Below, piece by piece: positions 13,145 through 25,880 of a DNA stretch of 64,000 nucleotides (the stretch's first letter is position 1; every line of letters begins with the position of its first letter). The DNA lies in NCBI GenBank assembly GCA_032718475.1, contig JAUCBJ010008258.1, forward strand, positions 45,074 through 109,073, in the 5' to 3' direction. The notes below the pieces were generated by a model. The model made no database searches. It was not told the origin of the DNA and saw nothing but the letters and a program-made list of their open reading frames with translations. This DNA comes from Nemertoderma westbladi (Eukaryota > Animalia > Xenacoelomorpha). The translations under genes and the position numbers were made by a program.

Positions 13145-14357
13145 TGTTCGCGCTTTCAGACCTTTGGCAGTTTAACCCGCCAAATTAGGATGTCTTCTAG
13201 ATAATAAATCACCTTTTAGCCTATGACAAGTATTTGATTCACTACACTAGTCGAAACCAATCTGTGCGCGATCATTCACCCGCTGGATATACCCGGGAGA
13301 TTGGGTTCGACGGCTTAATTTTATTGCTATGTAAGCCTAATGTATTATTCGACTGACAGTATTATATAATCTCTGACAATATTATTCACCTTCGGGAAAT
13401 ATTAACAGTTCCTTTAGGACGTGGCGCTCTATCTATATAAAAAGAGTTATGACTTAAACTACTCACAACGATATGGCTTAGTTATAATTCACATATATGG
13501 CGCATTCTTTAGGAAATGCTTCGTTATCAGTCTCACTCATACACAATGCTGCACAATACTGCACACTGATCTGCCGATCTTCACTGATTTTAGTCACATA
13601 TAAAAGGAACACGGACCGAATCATGTAGGGTCTATCAAATAACATTAGATTCACTTCAAACCACTCAACATAAGTCGCAATCATTTATCTGTAACCCTTC
13701 CCTCTTACCTTCGGTATATCAAGAATATTGGGTTTTCGGGGTTATTTGTCGTTATTCCAAATATAATAATTCATCAACCATATTATGAAGAACTGACAGT
13801 AAATAGCAGTATAACAATATAAAAGTATGCACAGTGTTACACAGTATGCAGTGTATGCAGTACTGCAGTATGCAGTATGCAATATGCAGACATCAGTATG
13901 CAGATAACGGATATATGTCCTTATAATTAAGCCTACTAGTGTAGGACTAAAAACTGAAAACACGGAGGTGCCAAAAGCCGGTTCTTAGGCTCTGGGCAAA
14001 AACATAACACTGAACTACTGAGTTTCTGTATACACCTCCAACACAGAGACAACAAACGCTCTGATTGGTCAACCTGAACAACGAGAGAACAAAGAAACAA
14101 AGAAACGTCGACGTGGCAATATCAGCTGCTAGCCGTCGTCATGGTAGCGACACTGTTTTCAAGAGTATCGAGCTTTTACGTCACGGAATTACGGATTATG
14201 TCCTCTAAAGTACAAATACAGAAGAAATAGCTTTTATGTCCGCTAAAACACCAGTACAGCAAGGACACGGCCTTTTTATGCCTGGTAAACCAACTACAGA
14301 GTATTTTACGGGAAAAATAAGGAAAAATAACCGGACAATTCAGCAAAAGCTTTTACA
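13145..14357 (-). repeat. 3' LTR of BEL/Pao element 1
   Basis: Direct repeat of 23699-24911; only two substitutions were noticed by eye. Minus-strand AATAAA near 13320. Confidence 0.96.
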
Positions 14358-14379
14358 CCGCTCCCAGAAAATGGGATTT

Positions 14380-15769
14380 TCAGTCTATAAAATATAAAAA
14401 TCACAGTTTCTAAAACATAAAGATACTCTAAACAGTTAGTCTTTCTTACGCAGACGGCGTTTACGCAGTTTTTTGAGGCTAGCAAGAGTCTTTTTCTCTT
14501 TGGGGGGAGCCACTTTACTAGGAGGGCCATAACTCCTGGGTGAAGGGTGCAATATGATTGCATCAGAAGGTGTAGGATTGTAGTCGAGGTATCTGCCGTT
14601 TCGATATGCTTCTCCTCGAGCTGATTTTCCTCCGCTCGTAGCTGGATACGTTCATCCAAAAACTCTCGCAGAGAATAGGATCGTCCAAGTTCGATAACTT
14701 CTTAGAGATTCTGGATTTCCCAATCGAATTGAGATAAGGCCAATTCGTTTATCGATTGGACTTACTGTTATAACTTACGTTTATCTGAACAAACGCAGGT
14801 TTCTTTTTTGATCTTTATAGAATAGCGTTTAACTCGTTTCGTACAACGCTCTCCTTCACCTTGATGAGGGGTTGTATCGCGTTAAACGGGGACGACCATA
14901 CGGTTGGATAGTGATATTAGGTGTCCGCGTCACAATCCGGCTAAGTAAGATGGGCGGCTAGCTAGAAATCACTGTCGGAGTGTTACCGATTAATTGTTAG
15001 GGTAGCACTAGATCTTGAACAGTGAATACAGTCCGCGAGGATCCGCGACACCACCAGGATCGCAGGTCTGAGGTCCAACTAAGGAATGAGGAGGTTTGAC
15101 CGAGTATTCCGGGACTCTGATCGTAGGTTTACTCCAGGATCGTTCGAGCCGAGTGAGCATAGGTGATACGTCAAACAAGTTTCGCTCGAAACTCCAGTAA
15201 ATATAACGAGCACAACTGTGTTTAACACAACGTTTCCGTGGATGTTTATGTCTTTCCGTTTAATAGTTGGGTCTAGAGCATTTATCGTAATAATACCAAA
15301 GACGCACGTCTGGTAGGGGGAAACGCGGGTGATATTTATTTGTTGTTACAATGCTTCTATCAAGAATTCCAAATATATGTTGGAGTTACCGCGTTTATTT
15401 GTTTCTTTAATGTCTTTTCTTTCGAGCCGATTTCGAATAGAATTTTCGCATTCGAATTTCAGTTTATGGTTCCGACTCCGCTGGGCAGGATATATAGTCG
15501 ACATAGTCCGTATTGTGTAAATTGATAGAATGACCAGTAGTTAAGAAGCCCATATATGTACCATTACGCTGCGTATATCGAGCAGCGAATTTTCTATAGT
15601 CCAACTCTCGTGAGAGCTGCACTTGGGACATTGTCGGTTCGATATAACGACCATCGTCCTCCGCAGCAGTTGGACTAACGTCGCCGCGTATTAAGCTATC
15701 AACAAACGCTTGTAAAAGTAGAGTATATCGCTCCCCGATACCAAGACCATCTTCTATCAACTCCGTCAT
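14380..15769 (-). pseudogene. Decayed extra ORF between the pol remnant and the 3' LTR of element 1
   Basis: Coding-like composition. Begins MTELIEDG (15769), continues through many stops, and ends in an acidic then basic tail (..KKLRKRRLRKKD). Identity not recognisable. Confidence 0.45.
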
Positions 15770-16594
15770 ATCTGCTATATATGAGTTTATCCATATTATA
15801 AGGAGTTTATATTTAGGCTAGCGAGCGTCGCTGCCTACTCCAATTAACCCCCGGACAGTACCAGATCCTCAGCGCCGATGTGTCGTCGCCGCTGTACTTT
15901 CGCCAACGACGTAGCCGCACAACGACAACGACAACCGGCACAAGTCACTCGACTGTCCGTCCCAAAGGCTTAGATGTACTTCAGGTTTTCCTTGGAGAGT
16001 TAGGTTACTTTTACGATTGCGACTAGCTACTGTAAACACACTTTAGCAGTAACATTCACCTATAAACTCACAAATACCACACAACTGGTCACAACTACGC
16101 ACATTCGGGCCATTTGTCCGTTAGTCAATGCCTTCCAGAATGTCACTGTATTATTATGTATCCTTGGATACTAGCAGTGCGCTATTTATTCCCTATGCTA
16201 TTCAATGGGACAAGCTTTCTATTGTTCTTTTAACTCAATTCTAATTCTAGCGTGGTTGTTGCTATGGTGACATTATGCAAAGCTAGCGGTAGAATTAGGG
16301 GAATCACATGCATACAGATCTGGGATGTTATTTAATAGTATTCTTTAATAGTCAATGTTCTGTTTTATACATGACTTTATGAATTTTATCGGCTATTGAC
16401 TATGTTTGGGAGACTTTCACACACTCATACGCATGATAAGATAAATCTCCGCTCCCTTGATCTATTAATTAATGGAATTTTGGGAACTTTATAAATTGCG
16501 TAAAAATGGCAATTTATTAAATTCATTAAAAGGCATGAATTTAAATTTATTCCCTGAAATTTTATTATTTGATAATTAAATGGACATATTTTGA

Positions 16595-16875
16595 TTCTAG
16601 AACATGTCTAGGGACACAAGATCCTTAATTCTATGACAATTGTCTTTTTTAAGAATATCGGTAAATGCTACGATATCTTAATTGACTAGAATTGTTGAAG
16701 GATCTGAATTTTACAGATTTTGATTTATTAGATTTGCAAATATTAAATAATTAATATTTGAGATGGGCACCGATTTATTCCAGAACTTGTCTGGGGACGT
16801 TAACCACTGATTCTATAATTTGTCTTTTAAGTATATCGGTGGGTGCCACGATATCTTAATCGACTAGAATTACAG
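16595..16875. repeat. Diverged ~95-bp direct duplication inside element 1
   Basis: 16595-16690 and 16778-16870 share AGAAC.TGTCT.GGGAC..ATATCGGT..CGATATCTTAAT.GACTAGAATT. Confidence 0.7.
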
Positions 16876-17421
16876 ATGGTCAAAGGGTTTAACAGATTTA
16901 TTTTGCGTTATACGCTACTGTTAAAGGGACATCACGCTACTATATGTATTATTTAATATACGGTATGAGAGCAATATCGCACGAAGCAATGTCAGTGTGA
17001 AGAGGCAAGTCGTTTCCAAGGTCTACCCAGAGCTTGGTTTAGCCGAGACACGAGGATCTGAACTTTGCATTCCTAATACTCTGCCTACCAATAATACTTA
17101 AATATAGTAGTGGCTTTATTGTACTTTAATAAGTACGGACATTTCATCTTACTGTAGTTACGTATTTGTAATGTAATACGGACAGTAAGGAAAGAGAAAA
17201 AGAATTATTTCTTGCCGTCGCATTAAATATAATATATACGTAATTAAGTAATAAACGCGAATATATATTGCACTAATCTACTAAATAATCGCTAAAATAA
17301 CATTCTACTGAATAAAATTAAAGAAAACGATTATAATAAAATTACATAGTAATACATACAGAAATATAAAAATAATAAAATAATATAAAATAATAGAATC
17401 ACACACCCACTCCATATGTTG

Positions 17422-20400
17422 TTACGTTATGGAGTCCCTAGATGTTTGAAGGATTAGGGAGGTGGTCGTGGGATGAGAATCTTGTCTTCCACAGTTTCCG
17501 GAGAGTCCTCCATTCCCTTCCGATAAACACAAACGACCGACTGGGTGATTGAGTCGCTGCATCCTGAATACAATTCCAGGTTTCCTCTTCGTCCTGGAAT
17601 AGTGACGATAGAAACATCGCTCAAAGTATATGACGGCGTCACAAAGCCGATTCCAGGAGCTATAGTGGTCCGTCGCTCTCTGCAGGAGAGGTGAGAGTCC
17701 CTGAGAGACGTCTGATGTTCCAGAGCTCCAATCGCTCTCTCTGATCTTCATGAAGGATCCACTCGCGGAGGGGAGGCCCAGATCCACGGCGTCGTCCCTG
17801 GCAACATGTAATACCGACAGATCTATCCCGGGTTCAAATAACTCCGATCCATCCGTCCGGGTTTCAGGTTCGACTTTCTCCGCTCCCTTGGCTGGTCTAA
17901 TCTCAGTCGGAGTAAGATGGAGAGGCCATTCATTCTCCTTACTCCGGAAGTCGGGTTCACCTAACCGGTCTATAGTATCTGTCAGTTCTTGAGGAGTTGC
18001 TCCTCTGGAAGCGATGTCCGTTGGATTAAACTTCTTGGGGCAATATCTCCATTGATCTACATTGGAGCTAAGATTGTCATTATCTGAGGAGTGTGGTGTT
18101 CCCTCAGTTGGGTCGTCTCCCTCACTAGTATCATCTTCCCATTCACTCACCTGGCGGACGCGATCTTGAAGCAGTCTTTCTCTGAGCGTTCTTCGGGAAG
18201 GTCCAGTAAGGTACCAACCTACTCTAGTTCTTACCGCATAGGTCTGTAGTGGCTGCGGTTGAGCAGGTCGTTTCTCTAATGTCTCCAGCGCCTCATGCGC
18301 GTTTTGGCCGATGAGTATTTGCACTCCAGGATAATCAGTCTGGAATCGAGGTATGTTAAGATGTTGGATGCTCTCATCCTCGTCCCAATTATAAAGGTCT
18401 GCTTGAGTAGTAGCGAAGTTCTTTATAGCCACCATTTTCACTGACCTTATACTGTATTCTCCTAGTTTATCCTGTGGAGTGGACAACTCACCTATATAAT
18501 AGTCGGCAGCTACAGTAGAATTCCAAACCTGCATGATCCCTGACATGTTTAGCATGGTTCGGAACTTGGGTTGTCCAGCAAAGATGACTTCGGCTAGTTC
18601 TTTATCGATGAATGTTCCTGTGCTACCGGAGTCCAGGAGGGCGTTCACTATATAGCTCTTCTGAGGTCCGTGGACCCGTAACTGGACTACAGGAAATTCT
18701 CGGATTCCTATATTGGAAGTTGGCGCTTTCCAAGATGGTTGTTGATCGGAAGTAGTTAAGGTAAGGTCGCTGTCTGTGTCTTTCTCATGCACGAGTACTC
18801 GATACACTGCGGTGGTGTTTATTAGGTAACAGGATTCGTTTTGGTCGGAGAACTCGTCCGTATAGAATCCTTCCATCTCAGATTGATCAGTGTCGTTCAC
18901 ATCACTGAATTGGACATGTAGTTCGGACTCACTTACCTGACTCGGGCTGTTTCGTTCGAATTCCGTGTGCAACAAGATATGATGTTTTGCGTCGCACTTC
19001 TCACACCTTGCGTCGGAGATACAGGTTCGCCGTCGGTGTCCTCGTCTGAGGCAATTATAACACAACCGCTTATCCCACATGACTTCACGTCTATCCTCGA
19101 GTGATTTCCTCAGGAATTTATCACACGCATTTAAACGGTGGGGCCCGTCGCACAGCACACATTTCGGCTTGATGTTACTCACCTTAACCTGTGCTATGTG
19201 GTGCACACTTGTTCTTTCCTCGGGCTTTCTCACCTGAATTCTTTTAGGAGACGTAGGAAGGGTTTTTTGTACCGGTTCCCTTCTGTCATTGGGTCGAGAC
19301 TCGGATTTACTTACCTGATCTTTAGGCATTTTCTTGACATAATAAGATCTGTCAGTGTCTTTCCCGCTGTCCTCTCCTTGAGAAGTTTGGCTTTCACCGT
19401 CGTCGGTATAACATACTGGTGTTACCCTTCTCCTAGAAACGGGTTTCTCACTTACCTTGTTTTCTAATGTCTTCTCTCTGGACTGCCTTAGGAGCTGTAA
19501 TTTCACTTCTCTATCTAAGAATGACATGAGATCAGTCATGGTAGGGTCTCGTTGTTGTTGTTCCATCATATATAACACCTTCTTGTCCCAGCGTGTACCT
19601 ACTCCACCCTTGGGCAAAGTAGATGCTAAGGCTCCTACAACCATAGAATTCTGGTATTCATGAGACTTACCTAACCAATCTAGTTGTCTACAGATCTCCT
19701 GAATCTCATCGGAAAACTCTATAATCCCGCTGCTAAGAAACTTTCGGGGCGCCATTAATTTCGCATATAAATACCTAGCGATATTATTCCTATTACCATA
19801 CCTGATGTTTAGTGTATCCCAAACTTGTCTTAATCCGTCTGGATGTCCAATAAACTTTAACGCCATTAACTTGGGAGATCCTTCCAAGCACTCGATGAGG
19901 AATCTAAGCTTTTCTCCGTTAGATAACAAGGAGTTCTGTATGTTATCTTTGTAATATTCATTAAAAGGTAACCATTTCATCTCATCTCCATTGAACTTGA
20001 CGATCTCTCCAACCTTTACCGCTTGTCGGGCTTCGGTTCTAGCCATTTGGCGTGTAAAACTTTCTTGAGCCATCGCATTATTGAATAGAGAATTATCGGT
20101 ATATAAGTTTCTCGGATTATTATCAAGTCTAGATGAGATATCATTATCAACAGGTTTATAATTACCCTTAATAGGGTTCACTATAGGAGTTTCTATTTCG
20201 CTAGCAGTATAGATGCGTGTAGGCTCCACACCTTGCGCATGGGATACTTCAGACCTAACGGGTTGACACATTGTTACAGGGGGTGGTGGTATACCCTTTT
20301 GTGTGTTCACTAATTTATCGCGTTCTAACGCGATACTTTGCTGCACCTTTTGCAACTCTAACCTACTTTCCCTTACTGTGCCCTTGAATTGCTGGACAGT

Positions 20401-21449
20401 CTCTTCCAACTCTCGGACCTGTTGGGAGGAGCGTATCCGATTCTCCTTCATCTCTCCAAGGAGAATATCCATCCCCCGCCGTCTCTCGTCTACCCAATCA
20501 ACCGCCGAAACGGGATCCGCCAACGTCGTAGCGGGCAGACGAGGGACAACGGGCGACAAATTTGGAATATTTCGCTCGGGGTCCAGGACCTGAACTGTCT
20601 CCTGGGCAGTTCTACGGGGCACAGGTAGCTTAGTGCTATGCAGAGGGAATTTAGAGGTAGTTTCAGGGAGCACAGGTGTGTCTATCACCGAAGGGGTGAT
20701 TTCAAGAACAGGCCTAATTATTTCAGGCTCATCTACTATAGTAGGGAGTCTTTCTATTTTAATTATTTGGTCTGTGGGCTCTGTACTACCTAAGTTGGTG
20801 TTATTTAGTTGCCTTCTAACAGCTGGAGGCAAATCAGGCAATTTCTGACGGTGGAATGTTCTTTTACGTCTACTTAGACGAGATCTATTTCCTTTGCCTT
20901 CAGTATCGGTGGTATCGCCTTCCTCAGATGATGTAAATCCCTGTCTCTTGGAAGTAGTCCGACTTATCAGCTGCATATCACTAGCCGTTATCTGTTTATT
21001 TAAGTAATCGTGCTTCTCTTGAAGATTCTCCAACTCTAGTTGGACCTTTTCTTCAGATGCCCTCCGTTCCGCTTCTGCCACTGCCACTGCCGCTTTTCTT
21101 TCTGCTTCTGCCGCTGCCACTGCTGCTGCCACTGCCGCTGTCTTTCTGTCTTCTATCTGTTTTTTCTTCAACTGTTGTTCCCATTCTCTAACGATGCGGA
21201 TTCTTTCATCAATTTTCGCTCTATTCGCTGCCAACATTTCCGCATCTATTGCGTCCAACACAAACTTGGCTCCTTCGCTATTAGGGCTAAGTCCATCTAA
21301 CCTTCTCCTCAATTCGTCATCACCCAAAAAACGTTGATGTCCGACAGGTAGATGTCAATGGCATCCCTCTTATGCGGCTTCTCTGCCGTCACTTCGCTCT
21401 CGGTTGTATCTAGTAGACTGTCTGATAGGTTCTGTCTTGCGTCAGACAT
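17422..21449 (-). CDS. gag-pol: BEL/Pao Gag + aspartic protease fused to an RNase H C-terminal remnant
   Basis: Capsid-like region (KFNGDEMKW..LRFLIECLEG), three zinc knuckles (CVLC..H..C, CYNC..H..C, CEKC..HH..H), protease ALLDSGS, then QWRYCPKKFNPTDIASRG and YSSWNRL. The likely start ATG at 21449 is one base out of frame at a T6 run (21326-21331). Confidence 0.92.
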
Positions 21450-22814
21450 GCTTATGTGTACAGTTGAATGTCTACTGCTGTATTACAGTCTGAGCAAGTC
21501 TAGTAACTCAGTATTAACTGATAGCCTAGTAATTAATTACCGGTACTGCTACTCAGTGTAGCGTGATATATATAATATATTAGAATACCGGTATGCTTAT
21601 AGTATATATAACTATTATTACAGACTAGGTTTATCACAGAATACCGGTATAATTTTAGCACAAATATATATAAATATATAATAGGCCTATCGGGAATACC
21701 GGTATACAGCTTACAGTTTGTAGTATATATAATTCTGGACTAGAATTAATTACAAGTACCGGTATAATTTCAGCCTAAATTTATAGAAATAAAGATAATA
21801 GGCCTATTGTAAATACCGGTATATCAATTATTTTAAATAACTGGATTTCTGAATTTTAAGGGTTACTTGGTTACTTTAACTTACTTTATTGCCGTTATTT
21901 AAGCAGTAGTCCAACTGATATTGAGACCTAATTGTTGTATGGCAGGCCTACTATTTATAAATCGTTAGATTTGATTTATAATATATATATACCCGTTTTA
22001 ATGGGTTTTGTCTATGTTTGAAATAAATGTTATTATTTCTGGGGAGTAATCACTACACAAAGCGGTGCGCTTTCAGTGAAGTGTTACTTATAGGACACTA
22101 AAACAAATAATTCTAATTTACCTAAGTTACTTAATACTACAAATTACGTACAATTCGGGTGAGATTACAATCTCTAAATAAACACAAAAATTTACAAAAC
22201 ACAAAATACGAAATTTTTAGGGTAATTTTACAAGAAGTCTACAAACCAGCCTAACAAAGGGTAGAAAACTGGTTATTACAACGGACAGGGTACTGCGGTA
22301 TTTGAAAATAATACGTAGTAGTAAATACACTGCGTTGTCCAGATAGGAAAATACCACCGCCTGACGACCTATAGCCGTATCGCTATAGGTTCTACGTTAT
22401 GTATCACGGAGTGTTCCTACCTAGAAGTTAATAGAGCTAATCGAATGTGCCTATCAACCACTTTACAACACAAATATAATGCCTACACTAATTATTTTCG
22501 GAAAGCACTGTACACTAAACCCTAAGTTAGGTACGAGTACTTATACAACAGATAATCAGTAGTTAAATATACTTGAACAGCTAAAAGAACCACGGCATCT
22601 GCTGGAGTGACCGATGCACAAAATCACCAGTCTTTACCTACGCCGAGCAGCCCGTGTAGTACCGGGGTTAATTTAACTATAGCGGTATGTATAACAACAC
22701 AATTACTGTAGGAACAAACTTGGGGAATGAATGTTGCGGGTAATCGCATAAACTCTGAATAATAAATATTACGCTACGCGTACAAACTACTCAAACAAAA
22801 TACAGACCGAACAC

Positions 22815-23330
22815 TGACAGACTACCATCAAGCCTAAACAAACTACGGTATATGCAGACTCCGAAATGATTAGGGAGTATGCGCTCTAACCCAGTAGTGC
22901 GACTTATTCTTTAGTTGGGGGTTTACCTTACAGCGTTCGCTGCCCCTACTTCCTAACCGTACTTAATCAGACAAATGATCTACACACACTGCAATCCGTT
23001 CAGACCTAATAACAGCCGGACAACTATCCAGCCTACAAATTATCTAAATAAAATTATACGCTACCCGTACAGACTTACACAAACAAAGTACAGACTAAAC
23101 GATGGCAGACTACTCTCAAGCCTAAATAAACTACAGGACATGCAGACTCCGAAATGATTAGGGAGTATGCGCTCTAACCCAGTAGTGCGACTTATTCTTT
23201 AGTTGGGGGTTTACCTTACAGCGTTCGCTGCCCCTACTTCCTAACCGTACTTAATCGGACAGGTGATCTACACACACTGCAATCCGTTCAGACTTAACAG
23301 CAATCAGACAACAGCTCAGCCTACAAATTG
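22815..23330. repeat. 288-bp-period tandem duplication in the 5' UTR of element 1
   Basis: CCGAAATGATTAGGGAGTATGCG..CTAACCGTACTTAATC is identical at 22861 and 23149. Confidence 0.9.
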
Positions 23331-23698
23331 TCTGTACAATCTGATCAGGTTTACACGCCTTCTGTTCAATACTAGCCTACAAACAAATAAAACTGACAGA
23401 AATAAGTAAGCTCCAAAAGAAACAAGGGGTGTACAGTCCCTAATCTCTTAAACAGCCTACCGGTATACAACAATCAAATCGAATAATACTAATGTACTTA
23501 TACTGGAAGTACCGGTTAGGACAGTTGGGCCTACGGACCTACAGAAGTACCGGTTCTGGCAGTTGGACCTACGGGCCTACAGCAGTACCGGTTCTGGCAG
23601 TTGGGCCTACTGACCTACAGATGTACCGTTCAGGTTTACCGGTTGACCGGTACTTTCAACTTTATTGCTTACTGCAATAAAGAAGCTATATCCGTTAT

Positions 23699-24911
23699 TG
23701 TTCGCGCTTTCAGACCTTTGGCAGTTTAACCCGCCAAATTAGGATGTCTTCTAGATAATAAATCACCTTTTAGCCTATGACAAGTATTTGATTCACTACA
23801 CTAGTCGAAACCAATCTGTGCGCGATCATTCACCCGCTGGATATACCCGGGAGATTGGGTTCGACGGCTTAATTTTATTGCTATGTAAGCCTAATGTATT
23901 ATTCGACTGACAGTATTATATAATCTCTGACAATATTATTCACCTTCGGGAAATATTAACAGTTCCTTTAGGACGTGGCGCTCTATCTATATAAAAAGAG
24001 TTATGACTTAAACTACTCACAACGATATGGCTTAGTTATAATTCACATATATGGCGCATTCTTTAGGAAATGCTTCGTTATCAGTCTCACTCATACACAA
24101 TGCTGCACAATACTGCACACTGATCTGCCGATCTTCACTGATTTTAGTCACATATAAAAGGAACACGGACCGAATCATGTAGGGTCTATCAAATAACATT
24201 AGATTCACTTCAAACCACTCAACATAAGTCGCAATCATTTATCTGTAACCCTTCCCTCTTACCTTCGGTATATCAAGAATATTGGGTTTTCGGGGTTATT
24301 TGTCGTTATTCCAAATATAATAATTCATCAACCATATTATGAAGAACTGACAGTAAATAGCAGTATAACAATATAAAAGTATGCACAGTGTTACACAGTA
24401 TGCAGTGTATGCAGTACTGCAGTATGCAGTATGCAATATGCAGACATCAGTATGCAGATAACGGATATATGTCCTTATAATTAAGCCTACTAGTGTAGGA
24501 CTAAAAACTGAAAACACGGAGGTGCCAAAAGCCGGTTCTTAGGCTCTGGGCAAAAACATAACACTGAACTACTGAGTTTCTGTATACACCTCCAACACAG
24601 AGACAACAAACGCTCTGATTGGTCAACCTGAACAACGAGAGAACAAAGAAACAAAGAAACGTCGGCGTGGCAATATCAGCTGCTAGCCGTCGTCATGGTA
24701 GCGACACTGTTTTCAAGAGTATCGAGCTTTTAAGTCACGGAATTACGGATTATGTCCTCTAAAGTACAAATACAGAAGAAATAGCTTTTATGTCCGCTAA
24801 AACACCAGTACAGCAAGGACACGGCCTTTTTATGCCTGGTAAACCAACTACAGAGTATTTTACGGGAAAAATAAGGAAAAATAACCGGACAATTCAGCAA
24901 AAGCTTTTACA
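23699..24911 (-). repeat. 5' LTR of BEL/Pao element 1
   Basis: TGTAAAAG...GCGCGAACA on the minus strand; direct repeat of 13145-14357. Confidence 0.96.
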
Positions 24912-24959
24912 CACATTCCGCCGCTATTATTAAACCAATTTTCAAGGATATTTAATAAA

Positions 24960-25175
24960 ATAATGAAGTTTAACACCCTCAGTCTTAGTCTAATGAATAT
25001 AAGTTAAAACGTTGCAAACTTTCAGGTTCCGTTGGAACCGTTCATCAAGTGTACAACAGTACATCGTTACTTTTTTAACCATATACTTCTGGCGAAATGT
25101 TCCATAACTGAACCTGAAAGCTTGTAACTTTTTAACTTATCTTCATTAGACTAAGACTGCATTGAACTTCGTTAT
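24960..25175. repeat. Foldback inverted repeat (MITE-like)
   Basis: CAGTCTTAGTCTAATGAA..TTTCAGGTTC (24980-25029) is the imperfect reverse complement of 25110-25159. Confidence 0.8.
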
Positions 25176-25823
25176 TTAATTAATTATATTTATCCCCTCA
25201 TTACTATGTTTTTTTTTTCAATATATTCAACGACATTTGTTATGAATAAACTAGGGCAAAGGTTCAGAAAATTTTGAGATTTTGACTGACATTGCATCAA
25301 GAAACGAGCGTTTTCACTAAGAAATTGGCTCCGATTTTGGGCCCCTCTCCAAGGGGCCCCCAAATTGGTGACTGCCCAGGGCCCCACCATCCCTTAATCA
25401 GGCCCTGCGGAAGGGGAAGAGAGAGGTTGGGAGAGGGAGGGACAGAGATACTAATTATTTGCAGCGATGAAATCCCTCATGAGTGGAAAGAGTCTGAATG
25501 GTAATGGATATTATTGAGGAAAACTTTATAAAATATTAAGTAATTTAAACACAAGTAATTTGGACTTAAGATGATCAAACTCTATAGCAAATGGAGCGGA
25601 AAAAATTTATTCGCCACCAGTGGGGATCATCCTAAGTCCTGTTTAAATTATTTAATAATTTATACAATCTATGGATGTTAAAACATATAAACAATAACTT
25701 TATAAAATAATGCTAATATTTAAATGATAATTTTTCTCAATTTGTGTGATTAACGAGTGATGAGAGGTGACGAGGATAATGCAGGTAGCTTATTTAATCG
25801 GTGGTCAATATCAATGCACTTAC

Positions 25824-25880
25824 CTCAATAATATAAACAAACAATAAACAAGCTACTGTACTTGTTATATTGTTGTACAT
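25824..25880 (-). CDS. Class A GPCR first coding exon (short N-terminus, start of TM1)
   Basis: ATG..MYNNITSTVACLLFVYIIE|gtaagt; phase 0 joins IILGFISN across the TE-filled intron; N-glycosylation sequon NIT. Confidence 0.75.

Larger units (their letters stand above)
13145..24911 (-). mobile_element. BEL/Pao LTR retrotransposon, non-autonomous, recent insertion
   Basis: Two 1213-bp TG..CA LTRs, a 5-bp target duplication CACAT (13140-13144 and 24912-24916), a purine tract GGGAGCGG next to the 3' LTR, and a BEL-type Gag-protease ORF. Confidence 0.96.
12926..25407. mobile_element. Non-autonomous TIR element (hAT-like MITE) split by the BEL/Pao insertion
   Basis: Terminal inverted repeats CAGGCCCTGATTAAG (12926) and CTTAATCAGGCCCTG (ending 25407), 14/15 match. 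GGGGCCCC subterminal motifs at both ends. No clean target duplication. Confidence 0.7.

Noticed and set aside
13421-13963. Small ORFs duplicated at 23975-24517
   Set aside because: Incidental frames inside the two LTRs.
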